Source: Myxococcota bacterium
GTDB lineage: Bacteria; Myxococcota_A; UBA796; CAJQPC01
Assembly (NCBI GenBank): GCA_036229005.1
Contig: JAZAMN010000071.1
Location: 1-64,000 of the forward strand
Length of the DNA stretch: 64,000 bases
Reading direction: 5' to 3'
A program made the translations under genes and the position numbers. The notes below the pieces were generated by a model, which did no database searches, was not told the origin of the DNA, and was given only the letters and a program-made list of their open reading frames with translations. Of this stretch, positions 22,005 through 34,022 are shown piece by piece. Within the stretch, counting starts at the first letter, position 1, and every line of letters starts with the position of its first letter.

Positions 22005-23152
22005 GGGGTGCGGCAGTGAGCGCTGAGATCGTGGAGCTGGCGCGCTTTCAAGGGCCTTGTGTCGCGGACATCCACGCGGGTGAGGTCGTCGCTCTGGCGA
22101 TGGTGGATTCGCGGACAGCCACCCGCCAGCGCTGGGTGTTCCCCGCGGACGGGACTGGCGCGCGCCCGATGGGGACCGAGCCGGGCCGGGCGCGCTGTGT
22201 GCGCAGAGACGCCGAAGGACTCGTGGTGGTCGGAGACGACGAGGTCACCCTGTGCGATGCGCGCGGAGAGCGCCGGATCCCGGTCGAAGGTGGTCTGGGG
22301 GCGGAGCTGGCCACCTCGGGGACGCTGGTCGCCGGGGCCTCGACCTGGCCGGATCGCGCCCGGATCCAGCTCCTGTCTCGGGCGACCGGAGCGCTGCAGC
22401 GGCTGGAGCTCAAGGGCGCAAAGCTGCGCTCCATCGCGGTCTCCGACACCCACATCGCGTGGGTGGACGGGCGCGGCTCCGGGGGGCTTTACCTGGCCGA
22501 AGCGCACCGCCTCCAGGCGGCCCAGCGCCTGAGCATCGACGCGCCCAAAGCGGTCTCATTCATCGGCGGGGAGCTGTACGTCCAGCACCGCCCTGGCGAC
22601 ACAGCCATCGTCAAGCGCGCTGCCGGGGCGTGGGTCCCGCTGCTCCGGTGCCGATCGAGCCTGATCCGCCTGCTCGGAGAACAGACCCCCATGGTGCTCT
22701 GGCCCCTGGATACGGGCGGGAGCCCGGAGCGGCTGAGCTCCTTGGCCGACCCCCAGACCACGCTCTACTCCGGTCCAACCGGGGAAGGCCGCTCGGCGCT
22801 CGACCGCCCACAAGTCACGGAGCTGCGCGTGGACGGCAGCCAAGCTGTGGTGGTCGAGCGACACGGCCCGGCAGACTACCGCGTGCTCCGCATCACCCTG
22901 CCCCCTGCGCCCTCTCCCCCGGCAGCTCTGCCCACCCCCGCCCGCCCGCCGACGGAGCAGCGGTCCATCATGGAGCTGGAGCTCGACCCGCCCGTCCAGG
23001 ACGCGCTGGAGGCAGCGGGGCTCTTGAGGCTGGGCGACCTGACGCGCCTGAGGCGCCACGAGCTGCTGAGGGTGCAGGGCCTGGAGCCCGACGACGTGGA
23101 GCAGATTCAGGAGTGCCTGGAGGACTTCGAGCTGACGCTGCGGGACGCCTGA
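22001..23152 (+). CDS. Beta-rich protein with C-terminal RNA polymerase alpha-CTD-like domain
   Basis: After a Pro-rich linker: SIMELELDPPVQDALEAAGLLRLGDLTRLRRHELLRVQGLEPDDVEQIQECLEDFELTL. Confidence 0.65.
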   Translation: MRGAAVSAEIVELARFQGPCVADIHAGEVVALAMVDSRTATRQRWVFPADGTGARPMGTEPGRARCVRRDAEGLVVVGDDEVTLCDARGERRIPVEGGLGAELATSGTLVAGASTWPDRARIQLLSRATGALQRLELKGAKLRSIAVSDTHIAWVDGRGSGGLYLAEAHRLQAAQRLSIDAPKAVSFIGGELYVQHRPGDTAIVKRAAGAWVPLLRCRSSLIRLLGEQTPMVLWPLDTGGSPERLSSLADPQTTLYSGPTGEGRSALDRPQVTELRVDGSQAVVVERHGPADYRVLRITLPPAPSPPAALPTPARPPTEQRSIMELELDPPVQDALEAAGLLRLGDLTRLRRHELLRVQGLEPDDVEQIQECLEDFELTLRDA

Positions 23153-23177
23153 TTCTCCGGGTGCCTCCCGGAGCCGC

Positions 23178-24386
23178 CTACTCCAGGCGCAGCTCGATGC
23201 TGTCTCCGGCCTTGACCGGGCCCACGGGGGTCGCGACCGCGTCGTCCGGCCCCGTGGTCATGGGGTCGCCCGAGCGTGAGAGCTTGGCGCTGACGTAGAA
23301 CTCCTCCGGGATCGCGCGGATCACGGTGGCCTGGCTCAGGTCGAACTCCAAGGGCAGGCTCCAGTCCTTGATCTGGAGGGCAGCCAGGGGCGGTCCGCGC
23401 TCGGCTTGAGAGGCGCGTACGTAGACGTAGAGCACGCCGCCGGGCTCCAGCTCGCCCTGGATGGTGCCGGTGACCTGCGGGGCCGCGCCGCCTTGGGGTC
23501 CACCCGCCTGCGGTCCGCCCTGGGTGGGCATCTGCGCGGGGGGCATCATCAGGCTGGAGAGCAGGTAGGACGCGAAGTCGCGCTCCAGGGTGTCGTCCGC
23601 GTTCTTGACCGCGCTGCGCAGCAGGTCCTTGGCGGGGTCCATGTCCTCGCTGGTCTGCATGACGATGATGGCGCGCCAGATCTGGGCCTCATTGGGGGCG
23701 GTGGACCCCAGAGCAGCGATCTCCGCGCTGGCCTCGTCAAAGCGGCCGATCATGATCTTGAGGGCGGCCATGTGTGTGACCACGCACGGGTCGTCCGGGT
23801 GGGCCTGCTGGGAGCGCTCCATCAGGCTCATGGCGCCGTCCAGGTCCCGCGTGTAGAGCGCGTACTTGCGCAGGGTGCACAGGGCCTGGGCGTCGTTGGG
23901 GTCGGCCTCCAGGGCGTCCTGGGCGGCCTGCACGATGGGCATGACGGCGGGGGCTCCACCGCTGCTGCCGCCGGTCATGGGGGCGTCGGTGCGCTGGCTG
24001 ACGCCCTGCTGGAGGGCGATGCCGGCCGCGACCACAAAGAGCACGGCGCCCAGGGCGGTCAGCCAGCCGCTGCCTCCCTGGGGGTCGGTGGCGGGCAGGG
24101 GCTTGGGGGCGTCCAGGCCCTCTTCGAGCTGGCGCAGGACGTCCGCGGTCTCCTTGACGAGCTCCGCGCGCTGGGCCTCGTAGTCGGTGTCGCCCAGCTT
24201 GCCGCGGTCGGCGTCCAGGTCCCGCAGGCGCCGCATGAGCAGCTCGCGCCGGGCCCGAAGGTCCGCCATCCGGGGATCGTGGTCCCAGGGCAGTCCGCGC
24301 CGCAGGGAGTAGGCCAGGCCTCCGATGGCGCCCACCAGGAGCACGATCGCGGGGGGGCCCCAGGTCTCGATTGTCAGGTCCATCAC
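23178..24386 (-). CDS. ccmI: Cytochrome c maturation TPR protein CcmI/CycH
   Basis: TM segment, LRDLDAD..GKL, TPR-like helices, and C-terminal GPPLAA..SLPLEFDL..SAKLSRSGD domain. Confidence 0.8.
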   Translation of the reverse strand: MMDLTIETWGPPAIVLLVGAIGGLAYSLRRGLPWDHDPRMADLRARRELLMRRLRDLDADRGKLGDTDYEAQRAELVKETADVLRQLEEGLDAPKPLPATDPQGGSGWLTALGAVLFVVAAGIALQQGVSQRTDAPMTGGSSGGAPAVMPIVQAAQDALEADPNDAQALCTLRKYALYTRDLDGAMSLMERSQQAHPDDPCVVTHMAALKIMIGRFDEASAEIAALGSTAPNEAQIWRAIIVMQTSEDMDPAKDLLRSAVKNADDTLERDFASYLLSSLMMPPAQMPTQGGPQAGGPQGGAAPQVTGTIQGELEPGGVLYVYVRASQAERGPPLAALQIKDWSLPLEFDLSQATVIRAIPEEFYVSAKLSRSGDPMTTGPDDAVATPVGPVKAGDSIELRLE

Positions 24387-24880
24387 TCGTCCAACTCTCT
24401 GAGCACCTGGGCCGCGTAGGGGTCCTCTGCGCTCTCATCCGCCGGCGAGGTCACCGGTGCGGGCTCCGCCTTCTCCAGGGGCACCTTGGGCTGCCGCACC
24501 CACCAGAAGGCGGCCAGCCCGAAGCCCGCGAACACGCCCAACAGGGGCATCCAGATCAGGGCCGCGTTGCCGGCCTGCTTGCTGGGGTCGAGCACCACGT
24601 CGTCGCCGTAGACGGAGATGAAGTACTCGGTGATCTGCTCGGGGCAGTAGCCCTGGGCCAGGCCGGTGTGGATGATCTCCTTCATCCCCAGGGCCACGGG
24701 GGTCTGCGAGCCCGACACGGACTGACCGGAGCAGATGGGACAGGCCAGCTCCCGACCCAGATCGTCGGTCTCCTTGTCCAGCAGCTCGGGGGGCACCGCA
24801 TCGCACATGGGCGGCGCCGTGATGGGGAAGGCGGCCTGGGGACTCTGGGCCAGGCTCAGGGACGCGAGCAGCCAGATCAT
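24383..24880 (-). CDS. ccmH: Cytochrome c biogenesis protein CcmH
   Basis: LACPICSGQSV and YGDDVVLDP motifs, followed by a TM helix. Confidence 0.9.
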   Translation of the reverse strand: MIWLLASLSLAQSPQAAFPITAPPMCDAVPPELLDKETDDLGRELACPICSGQSVSGSQTPVALGMKEIIHTGLAQGYCPEQITEYFISVYGDDVVLDPSKQAGNAALIWMPLLGVFAGFGLAAFWWVRQPKVPLEKAEPAPVTSPADESAEDPYAAQVLRELDE

Positions 24881-25397
24881 TGGATGGTCTCCAGGGCCTG
24901 CCAGAGGGTGTCGCTGTCCAGGGGGCCGTTGTGGCGGTAGCGCATCACGCCGCTGGCATCGATGAAGAAGCTCTCAGGCACGCCCGTCACCCCATAGGCC
25001 GCCGCGGTGGCGCCGGTGGGGTCCAGCAGGGTGGGGTACACGCCGCCGGCCTGCTTGAGGTAGACCTCGGCCTTGGCGGGGTTGTCACCGTAGAGCACGC
25101 CCAGGAACTGCACGTCGTCGTTCACGGTGGCGGCCTGCTGCAGCAGCGGGTGCTCGGCCTTGCAGGGCACACACCAGGTGGCCCAGAAGTTGAGCACCAC
25201 GGGCTTGTCCTGCTCGCTCAGGCGCCAGACCTTGGCTTGCAGGTCCTCCAGGACAAAGTCGGGGGCGGGCCGCTCGCTGAACACGACCTCTTCGGGCTCC
25301 TCGCCAAAGCCCAGGGCCAGGATGACGATGAAGGGCACGATCAGCAGCAGCCCGCCGATCAGCACGGCCCAGTTGGGGCCGCCCTTGGGCGCGGTGC

Positions 25398-25401
<4 letters not shown>
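24877..25401 (-). CDS. ccmG: Thiol:disulfide oxidoreductase CcmG/DsbE
   Basis: NFWATWCVPCKAEHP and YGVTGVPESFFID. Confidence 0.9.
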
Positions 25402-27470
<2,069 letters not shown>

Positions 27471-27501
27471 GAGGGCTCCCTTTTCTGGGCTCCGCGAAGA
27501 G

Positions 27502-27960
27502 CTAGTTGGTCTTGAAGTCCTGCTCGAGGGTCTTGTACATCTCCTCGGCGGTGGCGCCCTCTTCGGGGGCCTTGTACTCGTTGCTGTGCTTGACCAGGAG
27601 CTGGTCGGCCTCGAACACGCCGGCCTGGGTGTAGGTGCCCTCGACCACCACGCCGATGCCCTCGCGCAGCATCTGGGGGGGCGCCCCCTGCGCGATCACG
27701 GGGACCTCGATCTCGTTGGCGTCCACCACCGTCAGCTTGACGGTCTGGGTGGCCTCGTTCCAGTCCAGGGTGCCGTCCTTGACCAGGCCAGCCAGGCGGA
27801 TCTGGGCGCCGTAGGCCTTGTCCCCGGCCTCCATGAGCTGGGTGGGCTCCCAGTAGTAGACCAGGTTCTCGCCCATGTCCGAGAAGGCCACAGCGGCCAG
27901 AGCGCCGCCGGCGACGACGAGGGCTCCGACCAGAAACAGACGCGAGGTGTTGTTGCTCAC
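27502..27960 (-). CDS. ccmE: Heme chaperone CcmE
   Basis: NLVYY, IRLAGLV and LLVKHSNEY (canonical HxxxY). Confidence 0.93.
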   Translation of the reverse strand: MSNNTSRLFLVGALVVAGGALAAVAFSDMGENLVYYWEPTQLMEAGDKAYGAQIRLAGLVKDGTLDWNEATQTVKLTVVDANEIEVPVIAQGAPPQMLREGIGVVVEGTYTQAGVFEADQLLVKHSNEYKAPEEGATAEEMYKTLEQDFKTN

Positions 27961-28223
27961 TGGGCGCTCCCGGGGGACTTGCGACGAAGGAAGAGGTAGA
28001 TCCCGTAGCCCGACAGGGCCAGCCAGGTCACGATGTAGACCGCCCAGATGTACTCCCAGCCGGTGCCCATCGGGATGGCCCCGAAGTCATCGTTGCCCAG
28101 GAAGCCGCCCTCCGGGACGCCCCCGGGGTCCTGGACGGTCTCGGAGCTCAGCGCCGGGGGCGCGTCCGCGGGCGCCTCGACAGTGGCGTCTTGAGCCCAG
28201 GAGGGGGACGACAGGGGGATCAC
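27957..28223 (-). CDS. ccmD: Heme exporter protein CcmD with N-terminal extension
   Basis: WEYIWAVYIVTWLALSGY single TM helix followed by basic residues; located between ccmC and ccmE. Confidence 0.7.
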   Translation of the reverse strand: MIPLSSPSWAQDATVEAPADAPPALSSETVQDPGGVPEGGFLGNDDFGAIPMGTGWEYIWAVYIVTWLALSGYGIYLFLRRKSPGSAQ

Positions 28224-29023
28224 GCGCCCTCCAGGGAGATCTTCTCCAGGTCCTGAGGCAGGCTGGGTGCGCCGTCCTCGTGCTCCAGCTTGTCCCGCTC
28301 CTGGCGGGCCCGCTCACCGGCGAAAGCCATGGCCAGGAAGAGCACGCCGAAGGCGGAGATCCGCAGGGGCCAGTGCATGGGGTTGGAGACGGTGTCCGGC
28401 GACGAGAAGCCCTGGTGCAGCGAGTTCCACCAGGTGGTCGCGTAGTAGACGATGGGCACGTTGACGAAGGCGATGATGGCGCTCACGCCGGTGACCATGC
28501 GCCGCTTGTCGGGGGCGTGCACCAGCGAGCGCAGGATCAGCACGCCGCCGAAGAGGGCGATGAGGATGGCCGTGGTGGTCAGGCGCGGGTCCCAGTCCCA
28601 GTAGACGCCCCAGGTGGGCTTGGCCCACATGGCGCCCTGGAAGCAGAGCAGCGTGTTCAGCACCAGCCCGACCTCGACTGCACCCACGATCCAACTCTCC
28701 CAGTAGGGCTTGCCATTCCAGAGGGTGAGGACGGCGGCGATGAGGGCCGCCAAGTACAGCACCAAGGAGACCCAGGCTGTGGGCACGTGGGCGTAGAGGA
28801 TGCGACCGACATCGCCCATCATGAACTCGGGGGGCGCGAAAAAGAGGCCCCAGACGTGGCCGGTCATCAGGAGCGCCAGGCCCAAGAGGCCGAGGGCGAT
28901 CCGCACGGTCCGCCCAAGAGCGTTCAGGCGGATGAGGCCGTAGACGACCGAGAGGCCGAGCAGGAGGACGGGAGAGAGCCTGCCGATCTTGATCAGCATG
29001 GGGAGCAGCTCGACCCACTTCAT
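28220..29023 (-). CDS. ccmC: Heme exporter CcmC
   Basis: YAHVPTAW, WAKPTWGVYWDWDPRLT and WWNSLHQ; ATG at 29023 overlaps the ccmB stop. Confidence 0.95.
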   Translation of the reverse strand: MKWVELLPMLIKIGRLSPVLLLGLSVVYGLIRLNALGRTVRIALGLLGLALLMTGHVWGLFFAPPEFMMGDVGRILYAHVPTAWVSLVLYLAALIAAVLTLWNGKPYWESWIVGAVEVGLVLNTLLCFQGAMWAKPTWGVYWDWDPRLTTTAILIALFGGVLILRSLVHAPDKRRMVTGVSAIIAFVNVPIVYYATTWWNSLHQGFSSPDTVSNPMHWPLRISAFGVLFLAMAFAGERARQERDKLEHEDGAPSLPQDLEKISLEGA

Positions 29024-29712
29024 TCGTCTACCACCTTGCCGAAGAGGACCCCACCCAATGCCCAATAGAGGAGGTTGAACGCCGTCAAGAGGCCAATCCA
29101 ACTCCCCGCCTGGTTCATGGGGTCACCGCCCAGGATGAAGCCGGTGGCCTTTACGGCCGCGAGCATGCAGGGGATGACGAGGGGAAAGAGGAGCACAGGT
29201 AACATCAGCTGCTGGGCCTGCGCCCGTGCGGTGAGCGCCGCGTAGAGGGTCCCGGGGGCCGAGATGCCCGCGGTGCCCAGCATGAGGACGCCCACCAACA
29301 TCACCGGGTTTCCGTCCACGCCCAGGTTGAACAGGAACATGCCACCGAGGACAACGAGGCCCGAGAGCAGGCTGAGCACCAGCCAGTTGGCCAGGGCCTT
29401 GCCATAGAAGAGCGCGCGCGGGTCGACGGGGAGCAGCAGCAGGCCCTCCATCGCGCCGGACTCGCCCTCGACCTGGAAGGACTGGGCCAGCAGCAGGGTG
29501 GAGGCCACCAGGGCGGCCAGCCAGATGTAGCCGGGGGCGTGCTTGGCCAGCAGGGTGCTGTTGGGGCCGATCGCGAAGGAGAAGAGCATCAGCAGGGTGC
29601 CGGCGAAGATCACCATCGCGGCCACGCGGGCGCGGCCCTTCCAGCCCAGCAGCAGGTCCTTGCGGAGGATCAGCCAGGTCTGGGTGAGCCAGCCGGGGAC
29701 GGTCTCAGCCAT
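29020..29712 (-). CDS. ccmB: Heme exporter CcmB
   Basis: FQVEGESGAMEGLLL and LPVLLFPLVIP. Confidence 0.93.
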   Translation of the reverse strand: MAETVPGWLTQTWLILRKDLLLGWKGRARVAAMVIFAGTLLMLFSFAIGPNSTLLAKHAPGYIWLAALVASTLLLAQSFQVEGESGAMEGLLLLPVDPRALFYGKALANWLVLSLLSGLVVLGGMFLFNLGVDGNPVMLVGVLMLGTAGISAPGTLYAALTARAQAQQLMLPVLLFPLVIPCMLAAVKATGFILGGDPMNQAGSWIGLLTAFNLLYWALGGVLFGKVVDE

Positions 29713-30385
29713 GGAGCACCCCCCAGGCCTTGGCGACGTCGGGGGCGGCGCCCTCCCAGCGGATCTGGCCCTGGTCCAGCAGGATGGCGCGGTCGCAGAG
29801 CAGGCGCGCGCGGTCGACCTGGTGGCTGGCCACGATCACGGTGGTCCCCTGGTCGGTGAGGGCCTGGAGGAGCTCGTCCACGAACGCGAAGCCGGCGGGA
29901 TCGAGCTGGCCGTAGGGCTCGTCGATCAGGGCCAGGCGGGGCTTCTGGGAGAGCAGGCGCGCGAAGGACAGGCGCTTGATCATGCCCGCGGAGTAGGTGC
30001 GCACGGGCTCGGGCCGCAGGGGCAGGCCGACGCGCTCCAGGGCGGGCTCCACGGGTTCGGTGATGCCCAGCAGGCGGTTGAAGACCCGCAGGTTCTCGGC
30101 GCCGGAGAGGTCGCGGTAGACCTGGGGCAGGTGGGAGAGCAGGCCCAGGCTGGCGCGGACGGCGACGGTGTCCTTGAGGGCGTCGCGACCGAAGATCCGC
30201 AGCTCGCCCATGCTGGGGGAGAGCGCGGTGGACAGGGTGCGCAGCAGGGTGGTCTTGCCGGAGCCGTTGGCGCCGACGATCAGCAGGCGCTCGCCGGCGG
30301 GGACCTCCAGATCCACGCGGGCCAGGGCCCACCGCTTTCCGTAGCGGCGGCCGAGCTGCTTGGCGTGGACGGCTGGGGGAGTCAT
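29705..30385 (-). CDS. ccmA: Heme ABC exporter ATPase CcmA
   Basis: GANGSGKT, YSAGM signature and LIDEP. Confidence 0.92.
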   Translation of the reverse strand: MTPPAVHAKQLGRRYGKRWALARVDLEVPAGERLLIVGANGSGKTTLLRTLSTALSPSMGELRIFGRDALKDTVAVRASLGLLSHLPQVYRDLSGAENLRVFNRLLGITEPVEPALERVGLPLRPEPVRTYSAGMIKRLSFARLLSQKPRLALIDEPYGQLDPAGFAFVDELLQALTDQGTTVIVASHQVDRARLLCDRAILLDQGQIRWEGAAPDVAKAWGVLHG

Positions 30386-30504
30386 GGCCGGCCCTCCTAA
30401 CGCACCCAGCGCCAGAGGCCGCGACATCCTGTCCCTCCAATCGCAGGAGTTGACGCAATGCTCGGACGGTCCCACCAGAAGAGTGGGATACAGACGGGGA
30501 GTCC

Positions 30505-31125
30505 ATGTCCAAAGCACGCCAGATGATCCAGCGCGAGACCCGCGCCATGGTCACCGAGGTCAAGCAGGCCGCGGCCCTCACCGCGGGCGGCTGGGCGCTG
30601 GTCTGGGGCGTGACCGTGCTGGACTGGGTCCTGCGCGGGGCCATCGCCGCCCACTCCGTGGTCCCCCGCACCGTCGCGGGCCTGTGGGGCATCCTGGTCA
30701 TGCCCTTCGTGCACGCGGACCTGGGCCACATCCTGGCCAACACCACGGCCGGCGTCCCCCTGGCCATGCTCGCCATGAGCCGCAAGCGCAGCGACGCCGT
30801 GGTGGTCGCGGGCGTGGCGGCCCTCACCGGCGGGCTGGGCGCCTGGCTGCTCGGCGCGCCCGGCAGCCTGCACATCGGAGCCAGCGGCGTGGTGTTCGGC
30901 TGGCTGGGCTTCTTGATGGGGCGCGGCTGGTTCGAGCGGCGCTTCGGCGCCATCGCCCTGTCGGTGCTCGTCACCTTCCTCTACGGCGGCGCCCTGTTCA
31001 CGATGATCCCCGGCGTCGCCGCCGGGATCTCCTGGCAGGGCCACCTCTTTGGATTCATCGGCGGCCTGCTGGTGTCTCGCTTTGTGGGCGAGCGCCTCAG
31101 CGGCAAGGCCAGGAGAGCTTCGTGA
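30505..31125 (+). CDS. Rhomboid family intramembrane serine protease
   Basis: PFVHADLGHILAN, HIGASG and SWQGHLFG. Confidence 0.92.
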   Translation: MSKARQMIQRETRAMVTEVKQAAALTAGGWALVWGVTVLDWVLRGAIAAHSVVPRTVAGLWGILVMPFVHADLGHILANTTAGVPLAMLAMSRKRSDAVVVAGVAALTGGLGAWLLGAPGSLHIGASGVVFGWLGFLMGRGWFERRFGAIALSVLVTFLYGGALFTMIPGVAAGISWQGHLFGFIGGLLVSRFVGERLSGKARRAS

Positions 31126-34022
31126 TCACCCCCCTCCCCCTGCTGCTGGCGCTCTCGGTCCCCGACCCCGAGGAGCTCAACAAGCGCGCCCGCATGGGCG
31201 GCGACCTCCAGCCCCAGAACACCCCGGTGAGCATCCGGGACCGGGACCTGAGCGTCGGCAACTGCGACTACCACTTCGAGAGCGGCGTGGTCCTGCCGAT
31301 CAAGGCCGGCCGCCGGGAGAACCAGCGCAACGCCGGCGTGGTGTTCCAGGGCGAAGGCAGCGTCACCGTCCACTTCGACACCCGCGCCGACGCCTGGGCC
31401 TTCGCCAACCACATGGTCCTCAAGGGCAACTACAGCGCCGACGAGATGCGCGCCGTGGCCCTGGAGGGCGCCGACTTCACCACCCCCATCAGCCGGGGCG
31501 TGGTCGTCTCCACCCACGCGGACGTCAACGACCTGCTCATCCCCCCGCGCAAGGGCGACCGCGAGGAGATCAAGAACTACGACGCCATCCTGGTGGTCGA
31601 AGACAAGCGCCACACCGGCGCCTTCCTCAAGGCCGGCGCCACCCTGCCCAACCGCCTGAGCAACTGGATCGCCGGCGGCCTGGATCCCCGCCCCCGCATC
31701 GCCCAGGAGATCCTCACCTCCGAGTTCGGCGGCCTGGCCTGGGACGAGCGCATGGTGGTGGCCGACTTCCTCACCGACAGCCACTACAACGTGGCCCGCG
31801 GGCCCGACTCCGTGGCGGTGGGCCCCAACGACCGCTGGCTGAGCTGCATGGTGGACCCCACCGGCGCGCTGGAGCAGGGCGAGCACAGCACCGTGTTCGC
31901 CCACGGCCGGGACCCCGACCAGAACTACCACCGCGTGCGCTTCACCGGCGCGGGCTACCCCGTCGACAAGCGCGAAGATCCCGACATCCCCGGCCTGCGC
32001 GCCCGGGACTTCGAGGCCATCGAGGCCCGCGTCAAGGTCGATGCCCGCCCCATCCGCCTGCGCAAGTACATCCGCGCCCAGGTGCGCTCCCGGCTGACCT
32101 TCGAAGCCCAGCGGGACGGCGCCCAGATCCTGGTCCTGAACATGCCCCGCTACGAGGGCCGCGAGAACACCTTCCAGATCCACCTGATCGCGGACCGGCG
32201 CGGCAACGCCCTGTCCTGGACCGCCCTGAACTCCGACATCTTCGGCGGTCAGATGACCGGCGACCCCGCGTCGCTGGCCAGCGTGGACACCGACCCCGAC
32301 AAGGGGAGCACCACCTCCAGCAGCAGCCAGAGCACCTCCAGCTCCGGCGTGGACTCCACCGCCGCGAACTCGACGGCCAGCGACGCCACCGACAACTCCG
32401 AAGACGGCAGCGGCCTGAGCCTGAGCAGCGACCCCGGCTCCACCTTCACCGACGACACCGTGAACATGAGCGTGGACCGCGCGGGGCAGGACTACCCCAT
32501 CCTGGTCCTGCTGCCCGAGCCCCTGGAGGCCGGCGAACAGGTGGACATCGTGATGGACTGGGAGACCCAGTGGAACTTCATCCAGATGGGCTCCCAGGGC
32601 GCCGGCGGCGAGGTGCAGTCCCTGGGCCCGACCACCGGCTTCCGCAACCTGCTCCCCGAGCTGTGGCCCCAGGCCGCGGGCACCCGCTGGGACCACGAGA
32701 CCACCGTCACCACCCCCAGCCTCTACAACTACAACGTGGCCATCTCCGGTGAGACCATCCGGGAGAACTGGGACCAGGAGGTGGAGCTGATGACCCTCAC
32801 GGTCCGCGGCCAGGACGACCTCCGTCCGGGCGTGGCCATGGGCAAGTGGAACACCCACGAAGAGCCGCCCGCGTTCGGCTACCCCGGCGTGCGCATCCAC
32901 CTCAACCCCGCCGAGGCCTACTCCCTGGAGGAGATCGCCCCCGAGCTCCGCCGCGTGCTGGGCTTCTACGCCCGCCTGATGCCCGAGCTCCCCGTCGACG
33001 AGTTCGAGATCTACCAGGGCCGCGATCTCACCTTCACCCGCGACCGCAACGAGCCCGGCGACGGCATGCTGGAGATCAACCAGCTCATCGGCCGCGGCGG
33101 CGGCACCGGCGCCAACACCCTCTACCGCGAGCTGGACCCCTTCACCGGCCAGACCATGCTCAGCCGGGAGCTCGCCCGCCGCTACTGGGACGGCCTGGTA
33201 CAGCCCGGCGGCGCCCGCGACGCGTGGCTGGCCTGGGTCATGCCCGAGGTCTACTCCGCCTTCTACGTGCGCGGCGTCCAGGGCACCCAGCCCTACTTTG
33301 AGTGGATGGAGACCCTGCGCGGCTACCTGGAGGACCCCCAGGAGCAGGTCGACCGCCTGGGCGTCCCCCAGAACATGCGGCCCGCCCTGGACCTGACCGA
33401 CACCGGCACCGAGGGCACCCGCGGCTGGTACGGCGGCCTCGCCCAGCGCTTCTACGGGCTCTACGTGATGGGCAACATGCTGCGCTACCGCGTCGGCGAG
33501 GACGTCTACTACAAGGCCCTGGACCGCGTCCTCACCGCCCGCAAGCACAACTTCATCACCACCGAGATGCTCCAGGAGGCCCTGGAGTACCACTCCGGCC
33601 AGGATCTGGACGACTTCTTCGACTTCTGGGTCTACCAGGGCATCATCCCCGGCGTGACGGTCGAAGTCCTCCACCAGGACGACGGCACCCTGCGCGGCTG
33701 CATCCAGTCCGACGTGCCCTTCGGCTCCTTCGATCTGCCCGTCACCGTCGACGATCAGGAGGGCTTTCGCCGCGTCGGCGCCCTGGTCGACGTGGACAAC
33801 GGCCACGGTCAGTTCGAGGTCCCCGGCCGCACCGCCGACTTCAACGTCATGGCCGACCCCGAGGGCCTCATCCTGCTCACCAGCCGGGAGGTCCGGGAGG
33901 TGAAGGATCTCAGCCACTGCTGGATCACGCCCCCACCCCCTCAGCCCGAGACCACCCCCGACACCTCCGAAGATCCGTCCACCGGCGAGGACACCGGGTC
34001 GCCGACCGCCCCCACGGAGTAG
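31122..34022 (+). CDS. Exported M1-aminopeptidase-fold protein lacking zinc ligands
   Basis: M1-like C-terminal half (NMLRYRVGED..ITTEML..SGQDLDDFFDFW); the HEXXH position reads RELAR. GTG start overlaps the rhomboid stop. Confidence 0.75.
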   Translation: MITPLPLLLALSVPDPEELNKRARMGGDLQPQNTPVSIRDRDLSVGNCDYHFESGVVLPIKAGRRENQRNAGVVFQGEGSVTVHFDTRADAWAFANHMVLKGNYSADEMRAVALEGADFTTPISRGVVVSTHADVNDLLIPPRKGDREEIKNYDAILVVEDKRHTGAFLKAGATLPNRLSNWIAGGLDPRPRIAQEILTSEFGGLAWDERMVVADFLTDSHYNVARGPDSVAVGPNDRWLSCMVDPTGALEQGEHSTVFAHGRDPDQNYHRVRFTGAGYPVDKREDPDIPGLRARDFEAIEARVKVDARPIRLRKYIRAQVRSRLTFEAQRDGAQILVLNMPRYEGRENTFQIHLIADRRGNALSWTALNSDIFGGQMTGDPASLASVDTDPDKGSTTSSSSQSTSSSGVDSTAANSTASDATDNSEDGSGLSLSSDPGSTFTDDTVNMSVDRAGQDYPILVLLPEPLEAGEQVDIVMDWETQWNFIQMGSQGAGGEVQSLGPTTGFRNLLPELWPQAAGTRWDHETTVTTPSLYNYNVAISGETIRENWDQEVELMTLTVRGQDDLRPGVAMGKWNTHEEPPAFGYPGVRIHLNPAEAYSLEEIAPELRRVLGFYARLMPELPVDEFEIYQGRDLTFTRDRNEPGDGMLEINQLIGRGGGTGANTLYRELDPFTGQTMLSRELARRYWDGLVQPGGARDAWLAWVMPEVYSAFYVRGVQGTQPYFEWMETLRGYLEDPQEQVDRLGVPQNMRPALDLTDTGTEGTRGWYGGLAQRFYGLYVMGNMLRYRVGEDVYYKALDRVLTARKHNFITTEMLQEALEYHSGQDLDDFFDFWVYQGIIPGVTVEVLHQDDGTLRGCIQSDVPFGSFDLPVTVDDQEGFRRVGALVDVDNGHGQFEVPGRTADFNVMADPEGLILLTSREVREVKDLSHCWITPPPPQPETTPDTSEDPSTGEDTGSPTAPTE

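Noticed and set aside
30360..31121. N-terminal 254 aa of the 1220-aa ORF
   Set aside because: It overlaps the rhomboid gene in another frame; the real start is probably GTG 31122.
30505..31125. Rhomboid as the sorting enzyme for the MYXO-CTERM proteins
   Set aside because: Rhombosortases act on GlyGly-CTERM tails; nothing in the sequence links this generic rhomboid to those tails.
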